This document shows, one piece after another, positions 25,147 through 39,600 of a stretch of DNA of 64,000 nucleotides. The notes below the pieces were generated by a model. The model was not told where the DNA came from. It made no database searches and worked only from the letters and a program-made list of their open reading frames with translations. Positions within the stretch are counted from its first letter, which is position 1. The number at the start of each line of letters is the position of its first letter. The stretch covers positions 5,518,001 through 5,582,000 of the forward strand of contig OZ059900.1 of NCBI GenBank assembly GCA_964057225.1. The letters are read 5' to 3'. Origin of the DNA: Auanema rhodensis (lineage: Eukaryota; Animalia; Nematoda). The position numbers were made by a program, and so were the translations under genes.

Positions 25147-25665
25147 ATGTCAAATCAGCAAAGAAAAATCAAAATAATTTATGACGAAAACATTGGGCTT
25201 ACGCACCGGTAACTCCTATATGAATATACAGATTTATAATTGTTTATACACTTGTATAGAAAAAGTATTGCCTATGACAACGGTATCAAACAGAGAATAT
25301 TCATGACACGAGAATTCCACACGGATCATGAATGAACTGGAAAATATAATTTAAGAAAGAAAAAAACCATCCAAACACAGACGATTTCATTATATCGAGT
25401 TATATTTCACCCTTCATATTAAGAGGAAAAATTGATAAATAAAGAGGAACCGCTCAGAGAACACTAAGAAAGCATTAATTCTTCAATTAATGGTAGTTCA
25501 AAATCAATCAATACATATCCATGTAGAGATAACAGCAGCAATTACGATAACAGATTCCCTGATTTAGATTATTCGTCTGATTCCAGCAATGATGATGACA
25601 ATTTTGATCAGAATTTATCTCTAGAAAAAATTTCTTATTATATGAAGCCGCGATATTGTGTTTAA
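25147..25665 (+). pseudogene. Possible short or decayed gene
   Basis: ATG at 25147 and an intron at ~25209-25259 give MSNQQRKIKIIYDENIGLTHRKSIAYDNGIKQRIFMTREFHTDHE*. A separate stop-preceded acidic frame follows (SINSSING...DYSSDSSNDDDNFDQ...YCV*). Confidence 0.25.
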
Positions 25666-28600
25666 AATGGATTGATTTTATTTGCTAAAGTATTTTAGAC
25701 AATGTTCATGATAAATATTGACTGATAAGTCAAACAGCGTTAAGATATTCAATTGATTTTGTTTCTATTAGCAACTTTTTTGTCCAACATTTTTTTTCAA
25801 AAAAATGAATAAATTTGCACACGAGCAAACATATATTGTTTTTTTTAATAATATAACAATCGCTAATTATGAAAATCATAGATTATAAAAATTTTTTCTT
25901 GAACATAAGCTTTTAACATATTATCCCTTCATGTGTTCCATTTCTAATTTTTGATTTGTTAGAATTAACATAGTATCACTGAAAATATATGCAAATCACT
26001 GCTAAAAAGTTAAAGCTTTTGTTCTGCAACTTAATTCCATGTCTTATGTGAAAAAAAAATAGAGTGATTAGCAAGATGGTCAGTATTTCACAATATTTCA
26101 GATTATATTGTGTCATTACTTCGTTTCAGAAAAATTGTTCTCCAATTTCGAATTTTTAATACAGCACTGAATACTTATGCTCATACCACGTTAGATTATT
26201 GTATCTTTTGAGAAAACCTTTTCCTAATGCTTTCTCTTGCTCCTTTTAATAGGCACAATTAAGATGTCAATGTTCATTGATCTGCATGCAAAATGACTGA
26301 AATGCAGTTTCATTCAAATTTCTTTTCTCATCTCATCATTTCTTCATTATTCAACAGCAAACATTATCGCTGATAGGCTCTGGACAAATTGTCGATATGA
26401 TCTTCCTAGTTCATTTATAGCGTGTTTCCCGTTTCTATTTCTTTGTTCCCAAGTTTCCTGTTTTATAGTCTGAACGTTTATTAGCAATCTTATCTTTTCT
26501 TTCCACATCATATATTCATACATTCCAAACGTTTCACTTTTCAACTCAGATTTCATTATTATCTTTCTTTCAGTACACTAGTATGTCAGCGACATACACA
26601 TTGAAATCCTATTATTCAAATGAGTTCTCTGAAATGGTCGCTAAGTAACCGTACAAATTAGTGATGTCTCTTGGAGACACTTCAAAAACTTCAGAAACAT
26701 TAATCAATAAAAGTTCGAATTTTATTTTAACAGATATAAGTATTCCTGTACATGTTGATTTAGTTACAAAATATAAAAATATACACATATGAATATCAAT
26801 TTCACAGTTCTTTTATACAGTTTGAAAACCTTTCTTAGGTCTTCAAAAATTGAATAAAAAAGAGAAAAAAAAGAAGAGGAGTGCTGAACTCATAGATACA
26901 CATCGACATACACACACTCACACTCTCTCACATACACACACATACAGGTCGGCTAAATAAATTTCTTTATTTATGTTTCTCTTTCGATTTCGTTAGTATC
27001 TATCTATTCAACTCATTCTGCAGCATTTAATAATATATATTTTAGATAATGGTTATTTAAAACTTACTTTCTTATATATTCCTTTTTCATTTCAATAAGT
27101 TTCATAGCATGTTTTTCATGAGAATTATGCTCTAAATTTATATAAGCTTTAGAAAACTGTTATTAACACTATCGTATAAAGTTTTTTTTATCTGCACTAA
27201 AAAATTGGCGGTACTTTGTTTTTTTATTTCAGTCACGTCTTTCAACCAAATTTTACAAAAAATCTTAAAAGTTCAGCATTCTTATTTAGCAATGGCCAAT
27301 TTGTTAGAATATCCAGGTACTATTATTAAATCTCTCTTTATAATTTATTCCTTATTATTTAGATCACGTGATTGCTGGCATCATATGTTTAGGTTTATTG
27401 TGCACTGTGTGGTATGTGATAACCTGCTTGGAAGAAGCATACCTTTTTCGTGTAAAAAAAGTCAGATATCAAGATATTTGAACACCCAAACTATCAAGTT
27501 TAGTTATTGACGTTCAGAATTTTTGAATTCTTTTTTTTTAGTTATTAGAATACTGAAGAATTTCAAGCGATCGTCAAAAATTTGGATTTTTTCATGTTGG
27601 CTAAGGTTGAGCAATCATTGTGAACCAATACAATCGTTGTGAAGTCCAGAAGTGCAAACAAATGAGAATTGCTATGTAATATGAAATATGAATTTTTTTT
27701 TACAATAAGAGTTGTACATATATTTTATAAATAAGAGCTTTATACTTCTTTTTGTATTTTTTAAACTAAACAGTACAATTGTTTTCCTTTACTCTTCTTT
27801 TTTTCCGGTTTTGTCTATCATTGAGAAAATAAAGAAAAACTAAAACAGAAACTAAAAGAAAATTTTGGTGAAAAGTAAGATATATTAGTATAAAATGGTT
27901 AAGTGAAAACCATAGAGAGAGAAAAAAAAGTAGATATAATTAGAAAGGAATGAACCATAAGTCATAAAACAAAGAAATGATTTGCTTTCTCTATTTCTTC
28001 TTTTTCAATTTGACAACTTTTGATTTTATTTCTTCTGTTATCTTTTTGTGTCTTCTCTGCTTCTGTCAACAATATATTCTTCTCAATGAATTCTTCGTGT
28101 GAAATAACTTGACGTACTATTACGAATATAAAACTGATGATGGAACCACACATAAAGAAATTCCAATTCAAAATTTTTTTTTTGTTTCTGCCATTTACGA
28201 GATAAAAATGATAAATGACGATCAAATGATTTCAGGTTTAAAAAAAAAGATAATAAAATTGACTTATATTACAATTTTTGGTGTCAATTATGTTTAGATA
28301 TAATTTTTTCATTTTTTTTGTTGTAGAACAAGATAGCATGTTAAATATAAAAAGAATTTCTCGTTACGTTTGGCCGAATATTGAGGGTAATAAGTTATTT
28401 TAATTCATTGCAATCGGTATGAATCATATAATATTCTGAGGGTAATCGTATTGAGGAAGACAAAGTAATAAAATCTAATATGCTACCCTCTTCAATATCC
28501 TGGTTCACATGTCATTCTCAAAGCTAACCTACCAACTGGACAACCCAAATGTATCAAGTCAAATAAAGATAACATGTAATTTTATCATTATTTGTACAAA

Positions 28601-31600
28601 CTTTGTAGTAAGTTGATTGAATTTACAAAAAAAATAAATAAAAGAAAATAAGATATTTCCTATTATGATATAATTTTTATCTTCAGTCATTATTTTCTTT
28701 TATTTAAAAAAATTTAATAATTTGAAATAAAATAAAGTACGAGTAACGTTTTTATTTCACGAAATATGAAGTCAAAGTTTGTTTTTTTCATTCTAACGAT
28801 ACTCGATTTTCACGTACTAATTTTAAGACAAGTGAAATATTATTTCTTCTCTTCCACTTGTGCTGGCGACATGAATAATTAATCTGTTTGCTTGACTTGC
28901 TTCATGCATCTATATATGCTTGAACTTAACCATTTTTATTACACTCCTAAATTTAACCTCGCCGAGTTCCAATTAATATTTCAACTATTCATTTCCTATT
29001 TTTGAAAAAAACTTCTTTAGTCTGTTAAAACATATATTCTTAATTAAATTTGCTACAAAGTATTAAACTTCTCATTAAAAGAATCGAGCTCGTTATTCGT
29101 GTTTTCATTATTCTTTTCACTTGATATCTATATTAGAAATAGTAAGTATCATTAAGTAACATAACAGTGCGTACCTTTTTTTGTTGTTTTTTTGGGTACT
29201 ACATACACGCAGACAAGAGTAGTAAAACTAAAGAAAATGTTGCGATAATGTAAAGGCATATTCATATGAGTATGCATTCATGTACATACACATAAAGTTC
29301 GGATGTCACAGCTTCGTTGTAAATGTACATCTGTGATGCCCAATAGAACCTTGAATGTATTACACCTAAAGAGAGAGCATAATTGCGGCAGAAATTGAAG
29401 TCGACAACTCTCTCAAATCAGTCGCTATTCATGAAAAATGATAGGTTTACATTTTTTTCATAACAATATTATTGATGAACGTCATGAGCTCAGGATACGA
29501 TAATTGTTTTCTATTCTCGATCAATCTTTTGGAGTACCTACTTTTTGTAAAGTTAAAAAAATTCTGATTGGAAATAGGATATGGCTTCCGCTTACAGTTA
29601 ACATATCTGTTGTCGAATAATCCTTCTTTATATTATATATATATAGTTTATTTCTATTTATTCATAATAACCAATGTTTTTCATAATTTCCGCATTTTTC
29701 TATGTTGATAGTCTATAAACAGAATATTTTACATTTTTGAAATTTATCACAATCTTAATATCTGGCATATTTTATTCTATTTCAAAATTTTGGTAGAATG
29801 AGTAACAACTTCGAACTTTGTTGTTGATTTAGATATCACGCTTGGATTAAACATAGAGAACGACAAAATGAGAAATAGAGGAATAGAAAGACGGATAAGT
29901 ATTGTCATTTACAAGAGATAAAAGAAGTAGAGATGAAAGATGCATAAGAAATAGTGAGAGAGTGAGAATATATAAATGTGAGAAGCAGAATGAAAAAACA
30001 ATAGAGAACGTGTAGGATAGAGAAAAAAATAGTGTTTCAGCATAGGAGAGAATCATTTAGATATAGAAATAAGAATAAAAAAATAGTGTAAGAAAATGGA
30101 GAAAAATTGAAAATAGAAAAGAGAAAAACAGAATGGAAGAAAAAAAGGGGGGAGAAAGAGAGAAATAAATGAAGAGAGAGAATCAGTTACATTTCGTAGG
30201 TGAAAAACAAAACATATTCCTACACCATGCAATTCACTTCTTCTGCGTTCCCTCTGCTCCAGTAGCCTCACATTCAAATACGCTATAGCGACCATTGAAA
30301 ATAAGTGTTTTCAAATCTGAAGCCTTCTACATACTTATGCTAACACGAATTACTGGAGAATACTTTTTTTCTGATTTTCTGTTATGGCTAATCAAGGATT
30401 AGCATTGGTTGTGCAACACGTTCACTGCACACAGCTTAAAGCTCGATATTCACACATATCCTTTATCAATACTTTAGTCTGGAAATATGAATATATTGTC
30501 TGTTATCCTTCACTTCCACTCACGATTGCAAAAAACAAACGACATCATCATGTATATTTCTATTCATTCTCTATTTTTTTAAGTTCTATTTTACTTTTTC
30601 TTCTATTTACTAATATTATTTAACAATCTGTTTTAGTTTATAGCTATTCATTTCTCCTAAAGTTGTAGGATCTCAATTATTTTATTCTTCACATTTGTTT
30701 TATAATTTACCTAAAAATGTTTATGCTAGTGTAAGTGGATATGAAACCAAAAATCTTGTTCGTTATAGTACAGTTTTCTTATTTTTTTTGTAGATTATTT
30801 ACAGATGTATATTCTGTGAACCTAAAATGTTTTTCACTAGTTTATTTTGCACAAATAAGTTTTGTCTGAAACAATCTCAAGGTTAATAAATGCATTAGTC
30901 AACAACAATCAGTACACCAATTGTATTAAATTAGTTACATTCTTACTATTTTACATTATTTTATCAGCTGTTTATAACACATAGAAACTATATGCAAACA
31001 ATATTTTTTAAAATTTTTGCACACCGATCACTTTTTGTTTTTTTTTAATTGAATTATCATTATGGCGTATGCCCATTTCTTTAATTTTTTTCATAGTTTC
31101 TTTAATTAAACTTTTCACTAACTTCATTGAATGATTCTTATTTAAATCTTTTTTTTCAGTGTTCTTTCCCTCAACTAGTGTTAGCTGACTATACTACTAC
31201 TAGAATCATCAATTTGTTCTCTAATTTTTTAATTGATTATTAAAAGTTCACGTTTCAATTTGTTGCTCTGGTCTTTCTAGAGCAACAAATTAACTATCTC
31301 AGAGATTTAACATAGTTTGTTTCAGTTGCTTCTCTTTTAGTTTGATGGCTATGTTTATTGTTCAATATAACATGAAACAAGGAGTATCAGATAAAAAACA
31401 CGAGAGTAGAAAAGGAAGACACAGAGAGAGAGAGAGAAAAAAAAGAGAGAGAGGGAGAGAGAAACATATTGACAAAAAAGAAACAGCTTGAATAACAGAA
31501 GCAGTTTAGCCAAGATGAAAATTATCTTAAAAATGATTCTTACAAATATTTTCAAAAGGCTTTGTTTTTGATTGAATTGTTCAACAATTAAAAATGTTTT

Positions 31601-34600
31601 TAAATTGCGAAATATTGTCTGTATCACATTTTCTTATTGTTATACTGTCACTTATCGTATGTCACTTACAGATTACGCAAAATATTGTTTTCACACCAAG
31701 AACTGAATACAAACGCAGAGTTTATCTAGCTAAAAACAGTTAGAATGTGTATAGTGTATACATCTGATTTCATTAACGAATATGTAACTTCTCAGTATGA
31801 AAAAAATTTATAATTTTTATATTTTAAGCCTAAGCTGACAAATTAAGGAGTCAGTAAAGTCTTAGCTTTATTTTCAAATATAGATACGAGTATTTTTTTC
31901 ACATTTGTTTGTGTTGATATATTTCTCAGTATATTTATGTAAAACTATGTATATATGATGGCAGCAGATTGCATCCGGCAACTAGTTTTGTCATTTAGTT
32001 TTCTCCTATTTTTTCTCCGTGTATCATAATAATTCTCAGTATATCCTTATTCACATATTGTTTTGGTTAAATTTCTAATTTTTATCTTAAGCTTTTAAAA
32101 AACATCTTATTTCATAATTCAGAAACTATTTCACATATTTCCAACCCACCGTTCATAATTTATCTATTTTTTCATTCATAATGTTTTTCGGCAGATTTAA
32201 TGTGGCTTGCCTATTTAACTATTTTTGCTACTTTAACAAATGTTTTCGCTTTATTCATATTATTTCTTATTTCTTTGGCGCTACTCTATAATGGTGACAT
32301 AATATTTCAACGAATGGCAAAACAGATCGGTCAGTTGCTCGCGGCATATTGATTATCCTGGCAGTTGTGTACATTTTTATTCAAAATTTTTAAAATAGGG
32401 AAATATTTACATTAAAAAATTCAAAAATCAAATTAACCAATATTACTAACTAATATTACAAGTTCTTAAAATTCTTAGAACGTAATTAAGAAATATAATT
32501 TCAATAATTTAATATTTACGATCTTGATGCGAAGTTAAAAAAATCCATATAGAGTTAAAAAATTATCATATAAAAATCAAGGTTGATGAAATAAAATTTA
32601 ATTACGAAGAATTTATTGAACATATGATTCGAAAATCTGTTATATTTCAAGAAAAAGAAACAGAGAGAGAGAGAGCAAGAGCAAGAGTGTAGCTTGCAAT
32701 ATAGACGAAAGAGAACAACAGAGAAAATATGAGTGCAAAAAGAAAGAGTTTTAGACGAGAACGATAGAGATATGTAAAGAGATATAGATAAAATATATAA
32801 TGAATGAAAATTATTTATATAAAATTCGGAAGATAGAGCAAAATTACGGATAATCGATTCACATTAGTTTGTTCATAATTTATTCAATATTATTTGTGAA
32901 GAATATTATTCAAATAATAGTAGTTAATTATTCATTTTATTATTCTTAGCTTACATGCATAACTTTGTGATGTTTCTATTCAATGTTAAACATGACAAAT
33001 AGCTTCATCACAGTTGATATATTTAGTAAAATAAGTAAATACTTTACTATAAGGTTATCATAATTTTTTGCTTTTTCAAATTTGGCTTTCTTAATTGAAA
33101 TGCAAGTTATTCTGTAATAAACAACAAATATCGTGTGTTTCGCTACCTATTTAACAATTTTTTAAGTTTTCTAAAAAATATTTGTGGTTATTTCAGGAAC
33201 TTTTTCTGGTATTAAGTTGGTTGTCAATAGTAAAGTATTTGTGGCTGAAAGCAGAAAAATTCTTCTCATTTCAAGCTAAAGTTTGGATCTTTAAATTTGG
33301 AAGAATTTCTCAAAATTGTAGAGAAAAAGCTCATATCGATATTCCATATTCTAACTTTTTTTTTCATTCTCTCACGATGCTTGCCTAAATAATTGAATTA
33401 TAATTTTTGGTGAAATTCCCAAGGTATATATAAGATTTACATCGGGAATATATTAAGTGCAGTATACGTAGATTACCAGACAAATATCTATTTTATTTGA
33501 TCATTAAGCCTTACACAATTCTTATACTCTAACTGTGCTGCTGTTCTATTTCATTGCTTTTGGGAGAGCACTATTAGGTCAGATTGGCATATTTTTCTCT
33601 TTTTATATCTTATGTTTTATGGTCTCTATTTTTTAAATGTTCTCTTTCACTTTACCTTTAAAGTTGGCAATGATAATTTATTTTTTCTTTTTAATTCAAG
33701 TCTTCATAATATTGAATAACTTTGAAAATTTTATCCATTTCGTTTCTCGCCGACTGGACCAGACGTTTTTGGTTTTTTTTAAGAACTACCTTCTACGGCA
33801 TTTGTCTCTTGTCAGAAACAGATTTACTTTGCTTGTTTTTCTTACCATGTTTTTTTTATTATGAATCATAACTCAATCTAGTCAAAACGGTGTAAAAAAT
33901 AATTTATATTCTCGATATTCAACAGAAGATAGTTGTAAGCTTGTTGGAGATGTAAGAAAGTATTTTGAGGTTCATTCATGCAGTAGGAGAAACAACTATG
34001 TTCATAAAGTTTTTCAGAATGATTTGTTTTTCCATTTCTATTAACCATTACCTATTTTTCGTGATTACTAAAAACACCTCTTATTTATTCAGCAATTATA
34101 TTTTTTATACTTTCTTGTTTGCAATATTGTTTCATACATTTTTGGCAAAATGTTAGTTTCACTGTTCAATTCCTTTATCGAATTTGTATGCTTCTACGTA
34201 TATTCAATATTTTAGTGTATGAATTAGATGCTGATTTAAGCGATGGTGTGAAACAAAAAAAACCTACATTATTGAGATGAAAGATGATGAAAACGAGGAA
34301 CGACATTTCAATTAGAGTGCTAAGGTTAGAGAAAAGAAATGCATTTGTGATAGAGTTAGAGAGACAGAAGTACTGAGCTTAGAAATGAAATGGAGGGTAA
34401 CATTGGATGCAAAAACTAAGACAGAGTCAGAGAGCGAAAGTGCTATGGGGGTCTGCAAGAATACAGCAGAAGGTGAGTTGAAGAAATCATTAGGAAGAAA
34501 GGGGAGCAAAGAAATGCAGAGATTAGTGAGGTAGAAACTGCAAGATATGAAATTATTTGAAAGTTTTTATATTTGATAATAGGTGTAGTACAATTCTAAA

Positions 34601-36697
34601 AGACAAAAGTTTTGATTTTTACTCATTAAAACAAACTGAAGGTGGATTGGCTGGACGAGGAAATTTTTTAACTTGAACTAAATAAGAAACTGAAGAAAAA
34701 GGTCCCTTATTAGCGGTGAAGAGAATGAATAAAAAGAAAGGAGACTGCTTTGGAAAAGAATGAACGACGAAAATAAGAAAGGCCGTGCGTAGGAACATCA
34801 AACTCAGAACAACATAGTTTGAATAGATAGGAAAGGTTAGCGCTTCCGGTAAACCGTTCACTAAATCAAAAATCAATAAATCCCCAAATTAACTACACAG
34901 AAGCAATACACCGATCATTCATAACACTAAATTTAAACCCCCCATCCTCCCTCCCCACGAACAACGAATTCTATTTTGATTGAAGAAAGACAACGCATAT
35001 ATTTTTTTTGTTAAGCTGTTCAAGTTGTACAATTTTTTTGTTCCTAATCATATTATTTTGAGTTTGAGACAAATATTTCGGAACAAAAATTCTTTGTTCT
35101 GCTGTCTTTCTGTTCTAGTATTGTTACTAATTCTACTGAATTTTACTGAATTTGGAATCATAAAGGTTTCGATCGAATATGTTGCAAATAATGTTCTCTC
35201 ACTCCGGACGTTGCTCATTATCTATATATTCTTGTTCAATCTATTTCTCGTTCATTTCTTTTCTCTTTCTCTCTATTCTCTTCCAACTCATACTTCATTG
35301 CCGGACACATTATAACTCTTTAGTATGAAACATAGGTTGTTGTTAGAGAATCTAAAAGGGATATCTTTTCCGACCATCTGGTTTCATTCATCATCAACCG
35401 TTTTGTCATTTGGTAGTGCAAATCTAAAACTTCAACCATATTTCAGAAAATACGCTTCACTTTTCAAAAATATTTTCTTGTTACAAGTGTTCATATTGTA
35501 TCAAATCTGTGATTTTTTTTAATTTTGTTTGGAAAGTAATTCAATTTAAAAAAATATATAACACTAATACCTTTTCTCATCTCCTTTATTTCTCAATTTT
35601 TTTTAAATGTCTATATTATCGTTCAGATGAGTTGATTACTTGTCCTATAATGTAAATCTTGTATTGTATTTAACAGAAAAAATCAACGATTTACACTATA
35701 ACCACAAATAAAAAACTGAATGGAACTATGCTGAGTTATTGTTTTTTTTCATTTTTCTGACCTCAACATTATAAGGTGAAAGCGTTAGCTGTATACCAAT
35801 ACTCAGAGTGAGCTGTAAGTAAATCGAAATAGCTGTGTGAGCTTACAAATAGAATAAGTTTAAAACAGATAAAGTAACAAGAGAAGATATCTTATGGAAA
35901 ACAAAAAATAAAAAATGTTTTCAAGAGATTCAAGTAAAAAATATCATGAAAAATAAAGTCTGAAAAAATAAAAATGCATTAGCTTAAAGAATTTACAGTT
36001 ATAAAAATTATTGATTTTATTTTTTTTATTAACTAATGATTTGTTTCATCGTAACAAGACAGTTTTATTAATTTTATTATGTTGACATTGCTCATATTTT
36101 GGCTTTTCCTTCAAGCATAAAAACCAGAACTTTTGTTCTATTTGTCTCAATTTCATTTTCGTATCGATTACTAGGTTTTTCACATCTTCATATTTCTACT
36201 TTATTCTCATGTTCAGGTTTCGTATACTTTTCTAAGTACTTTCTAACTGCATTGCAACATGTCTCAAAATTCAAAAGCTTTTCTGCTTTGCTTTTCTTAT
36301 TGTATTTCATCTCAATGACATACTCTTCTATATATTTTTGCGTTTCTTATTCCGGAGCTTGAGAACACAGAAGATACTTTTTTCATTTTCAATTGCCCTG
36401 CTCTAGCTAGTATGTGGTTCGTTTTTCTTCTGCTCAATTACATCTTTTTTATTTTTATTTTTCATGTCCTTTCATTAAAGATCTCATTCACTGTTCGTGT
36501 TTCTCATCTTATGGGCATATTATTATTCCATTACATCATTGTCATTGTCTTTTTTAACGTACAGCCATATTGAATACATTTATTATAGCATTGGGCATAC
36601 TTGATTAACTGAACCGAAGGACGACTTCTATAAGCAGTTGATTCAAGCAGCAGCAGTAATAGACGATTGAGACATCCAGCGACAACCGTCTCACGTC

Positions 36698-39600
36698 ATG
36701 CTGCAAGAGCCTCTGCCGGAGCTGCGCAGCTTTCAGTCGCTCTCTAAATTCGTCGGTGATTCCAGGTAAAGCACAGTGGCTTTTCTTCGTCAATTTTGTG
36801 CACTCAATTTAATTGTATTTTAAAATTTAGTTCAATATTTTTACATGAATATTCACAGCTTTTCTTTTCACTGGTCTAGCTATTTTAAACTGTTAAGGAT
36901 TTACTCACTTCTTTCTCTTTATGTTTTTTTCTCTTTCTCTTTCTCATCATCTCTTGCTCTTTTTCAATTTTTTATACCTCTCTTCTCTTTCTCATTTCTT
37001 TTTCTCTCTTTCTATTTTTCCCTTGCTCTCTCTTTCTCTCTTTTTTTCTTCCTCTCTTTCTCTTTCTTTCTTTCTACTTATTTCTCTTTTTCTCCCTCAT
37101 TCTCTCTCTCCACTTATCTCTCTATTCTTCTCCCTCATTCTCTCTCTCTTTCTCTCTCTCTTTTCTCTCTCTCTCTCTTTCACTCACCCTTTCTTTCTTT
37201 CTCTCTCTCCCTCTCTTTTTCTCTCTCTCTCTGTTTCTTTCTCATTTTTCTTTGCTTTCTCGTTTTCAATGCGCTCTATATCTTGTTTAATGCTTTGTGG
37301 GTTTTTCTGTATTCCGTTTTCTATATTCCTCTGCTCTTAGTTAATTGGTTTTGCAGTCATATTTTAACTTTCATTCTGAATTTTCTAGTCTTTTCAGTTT
37401 TACATCCTGTAATTATTTGTTTTCTTCTACAGTTTTGTAGCTCATCATTCATGCCTTTCTTTAAAAACACTCTTTTAACGATTCCTCTTCCCTTTTTAAG
37501 AAAACTCAGATTGGTCTCTATGGTGTAAGCGTTTAATTTTTCTTCCGTGTACCCTAGTCATCTATCCCATTTATTTCCTCTAATGCTTCGGCCAGTTGCT
37601 TAGTTAACCAAACCGAAAAGATTTATCTCGTTCACATAAGGATAGCAATACATTTCAAGAAGAATAATTTATTAACCACTAAATACGTTCTTAATTTTTT
37701 CAGAACTGCCTTAGGACGACGAGCATCAGCCAATCATCGCAGGCATTCACACGTTCGACGACGTCCAGACCATGCTGAAGTAAGTGCGGGAGGAAAAGGG
37801 ATAAAATAAAAAGTTATAGCACGCACCCAGTCTCACTTTCTTTATTCTTTCATGCACCGAAGTTTTTTCAAAAATATCCCTTTCTCATTTTCTTGTTGCA
37901 CACTCTCATCATAACTATTTTTCATCTTTATATATCTTTTTCTTCAATAGAAAGGAAGGATATCTCAAATTCTTCAAAATTTGATTGAGTTCAATTTCAC
38001 CTAGAATTTAATTTACTGTTCTTGTTAGTTCAAAAGCAATTTGTGCTTTGTTCAGTTTTTATTTCTTCCTCAATTCTCTATTGTTTGCAGAAGCGAACTA
38101 CTTCTATGCTTTTCTTTTACTTTGCAATTTCTGTCTGTTTTGAAACTCAACCAAACAATATACTTATTCCTTATTGCAAGAAGACAAATTATCGATAGAT
38201 TTGAATAATTCTAAAAATCCTTATATTCTAGACTTCTTCAATAGAATCTTCATTTTCGTTCCGGGAAAAGGTTGTCGAGATGCGTATAGATGGAGCTGAC
38301 GATGGTGAAGAAGAAGAACAGCAATTGGATGATATTGACACCATATATCCAGGGTAAACTTGATTAATATTTCAATTAATCAGATTTTCTTGTAGAATTA
38401 AAAAAATATCCATGTTCTGCTTGAAACAGACATCATTTCCAAGAACATGGTGTTTATCTATTGTGATGAGTCCATGGTTTGATCGAGTAACAATGGCTGT
38501 TATTTTGATAAATTGTATGACCCTAGGTAAACGATTTCTCATACTACCGTATATCGTTTTTGAAATTGAAGGAATGTATCGACCGTGTGAAGATGGAGTG
38601 GATTGTACAACGTATCGATGTCATATTCTTAATATTATAGATCATTGCATTTTTCTTTATTTTGTAGCAGAAATGGTGTGGAGCCACGTAGCTGTTTTTA
38701 GAAATACTACTTTATTTCAGTTTATTAAAATAATTGCATTGGGTTTGATGGGACCTTCTGCATATTTGTCAGACACATGGAACCGTTTGGATTGTTTTAT
38801 TGTTACAGCAGGGTATGATGAAATCCAAGAAGTGCAGTTTTGAAATAACTTTACAGAATCATGGAAATTTTATTGCAAGAATACTTGGGTGGCAACATTA
38901 ATTTAACAGCCATTCGAACAGTACGTGTTTTGCGGCCGCTAAAAGCGGTTAATCGCATTCCATCGATGCGGATATTAGGTAAAAATCGATTTATATTAAT
39001 AATAAAAATTTTCTAACTTCCAGTTAATCTCTTACTTGATACTCTACCCATGTTAGGAAATGTATTACTTCTCTGTTTCTTTGTTTTCTTTATTTTTGGT
39101 ATTGTCGGTGTTCAACTATGGGCTGGTTTACTCAGGTTAGTTCAGCAGCCAGAAAAGACTGCTGTTTTTTGTTGTTGTTGTTTTGTGACTGATATTTTTG
39201 TGATATTTCCAGAAATCGTTGTGCTATCAACTTACCTTCTACAATAACAGAAAAACAAATTGCTTTATTCAACGATGTTAAACCAACCCGGTATACACAC
39301 TCATAATCATTGATGTTTTTCTTTACTATATTTTATAGTTATTATATTCCTGAAGATACTACCCTGGAATATATATGTAGTCAAGCTGATGCTAATGGCT
39401 TGCATACTTGTTCAAACCTTCCTCCATACACAGTTAATGGAATAAAGTGCGTATCAACAAATGTTGTATTAAACACATAATTGATTATAGATGCAATCTA
39501 ACAATAGAAGATTATATGAAAGTTACTAATGAAACATGTATTAATTGGAACATTTATTACAATGAATGCCAGGTTAACTGCTAATTAGTTAAATAATTGA

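Noticed and set aside
12100-36600. Many 60-130 aa F/L/I-rich ORFs in intergenic DNA
   Set aside because: They have the composition expected from AT-rich or purine-skewed non-coding DNA, often use non-ATG starts, and have no phase-consistent exon partners. The exceptions are the GPI-gene exons.
36605-36793. 62-aa minus-strand ORF
   Set aside because: It is antisense to cca-1 exon 1, whose + frame matches the CCA-1 N-terminus.
36845-37528. 227-aa and 139-aa F/S/L-rich ORFs resembling membrane proteins
   Set aside because: They are translations of a TC microsatellite-like tract inside cca-1 intron 1.
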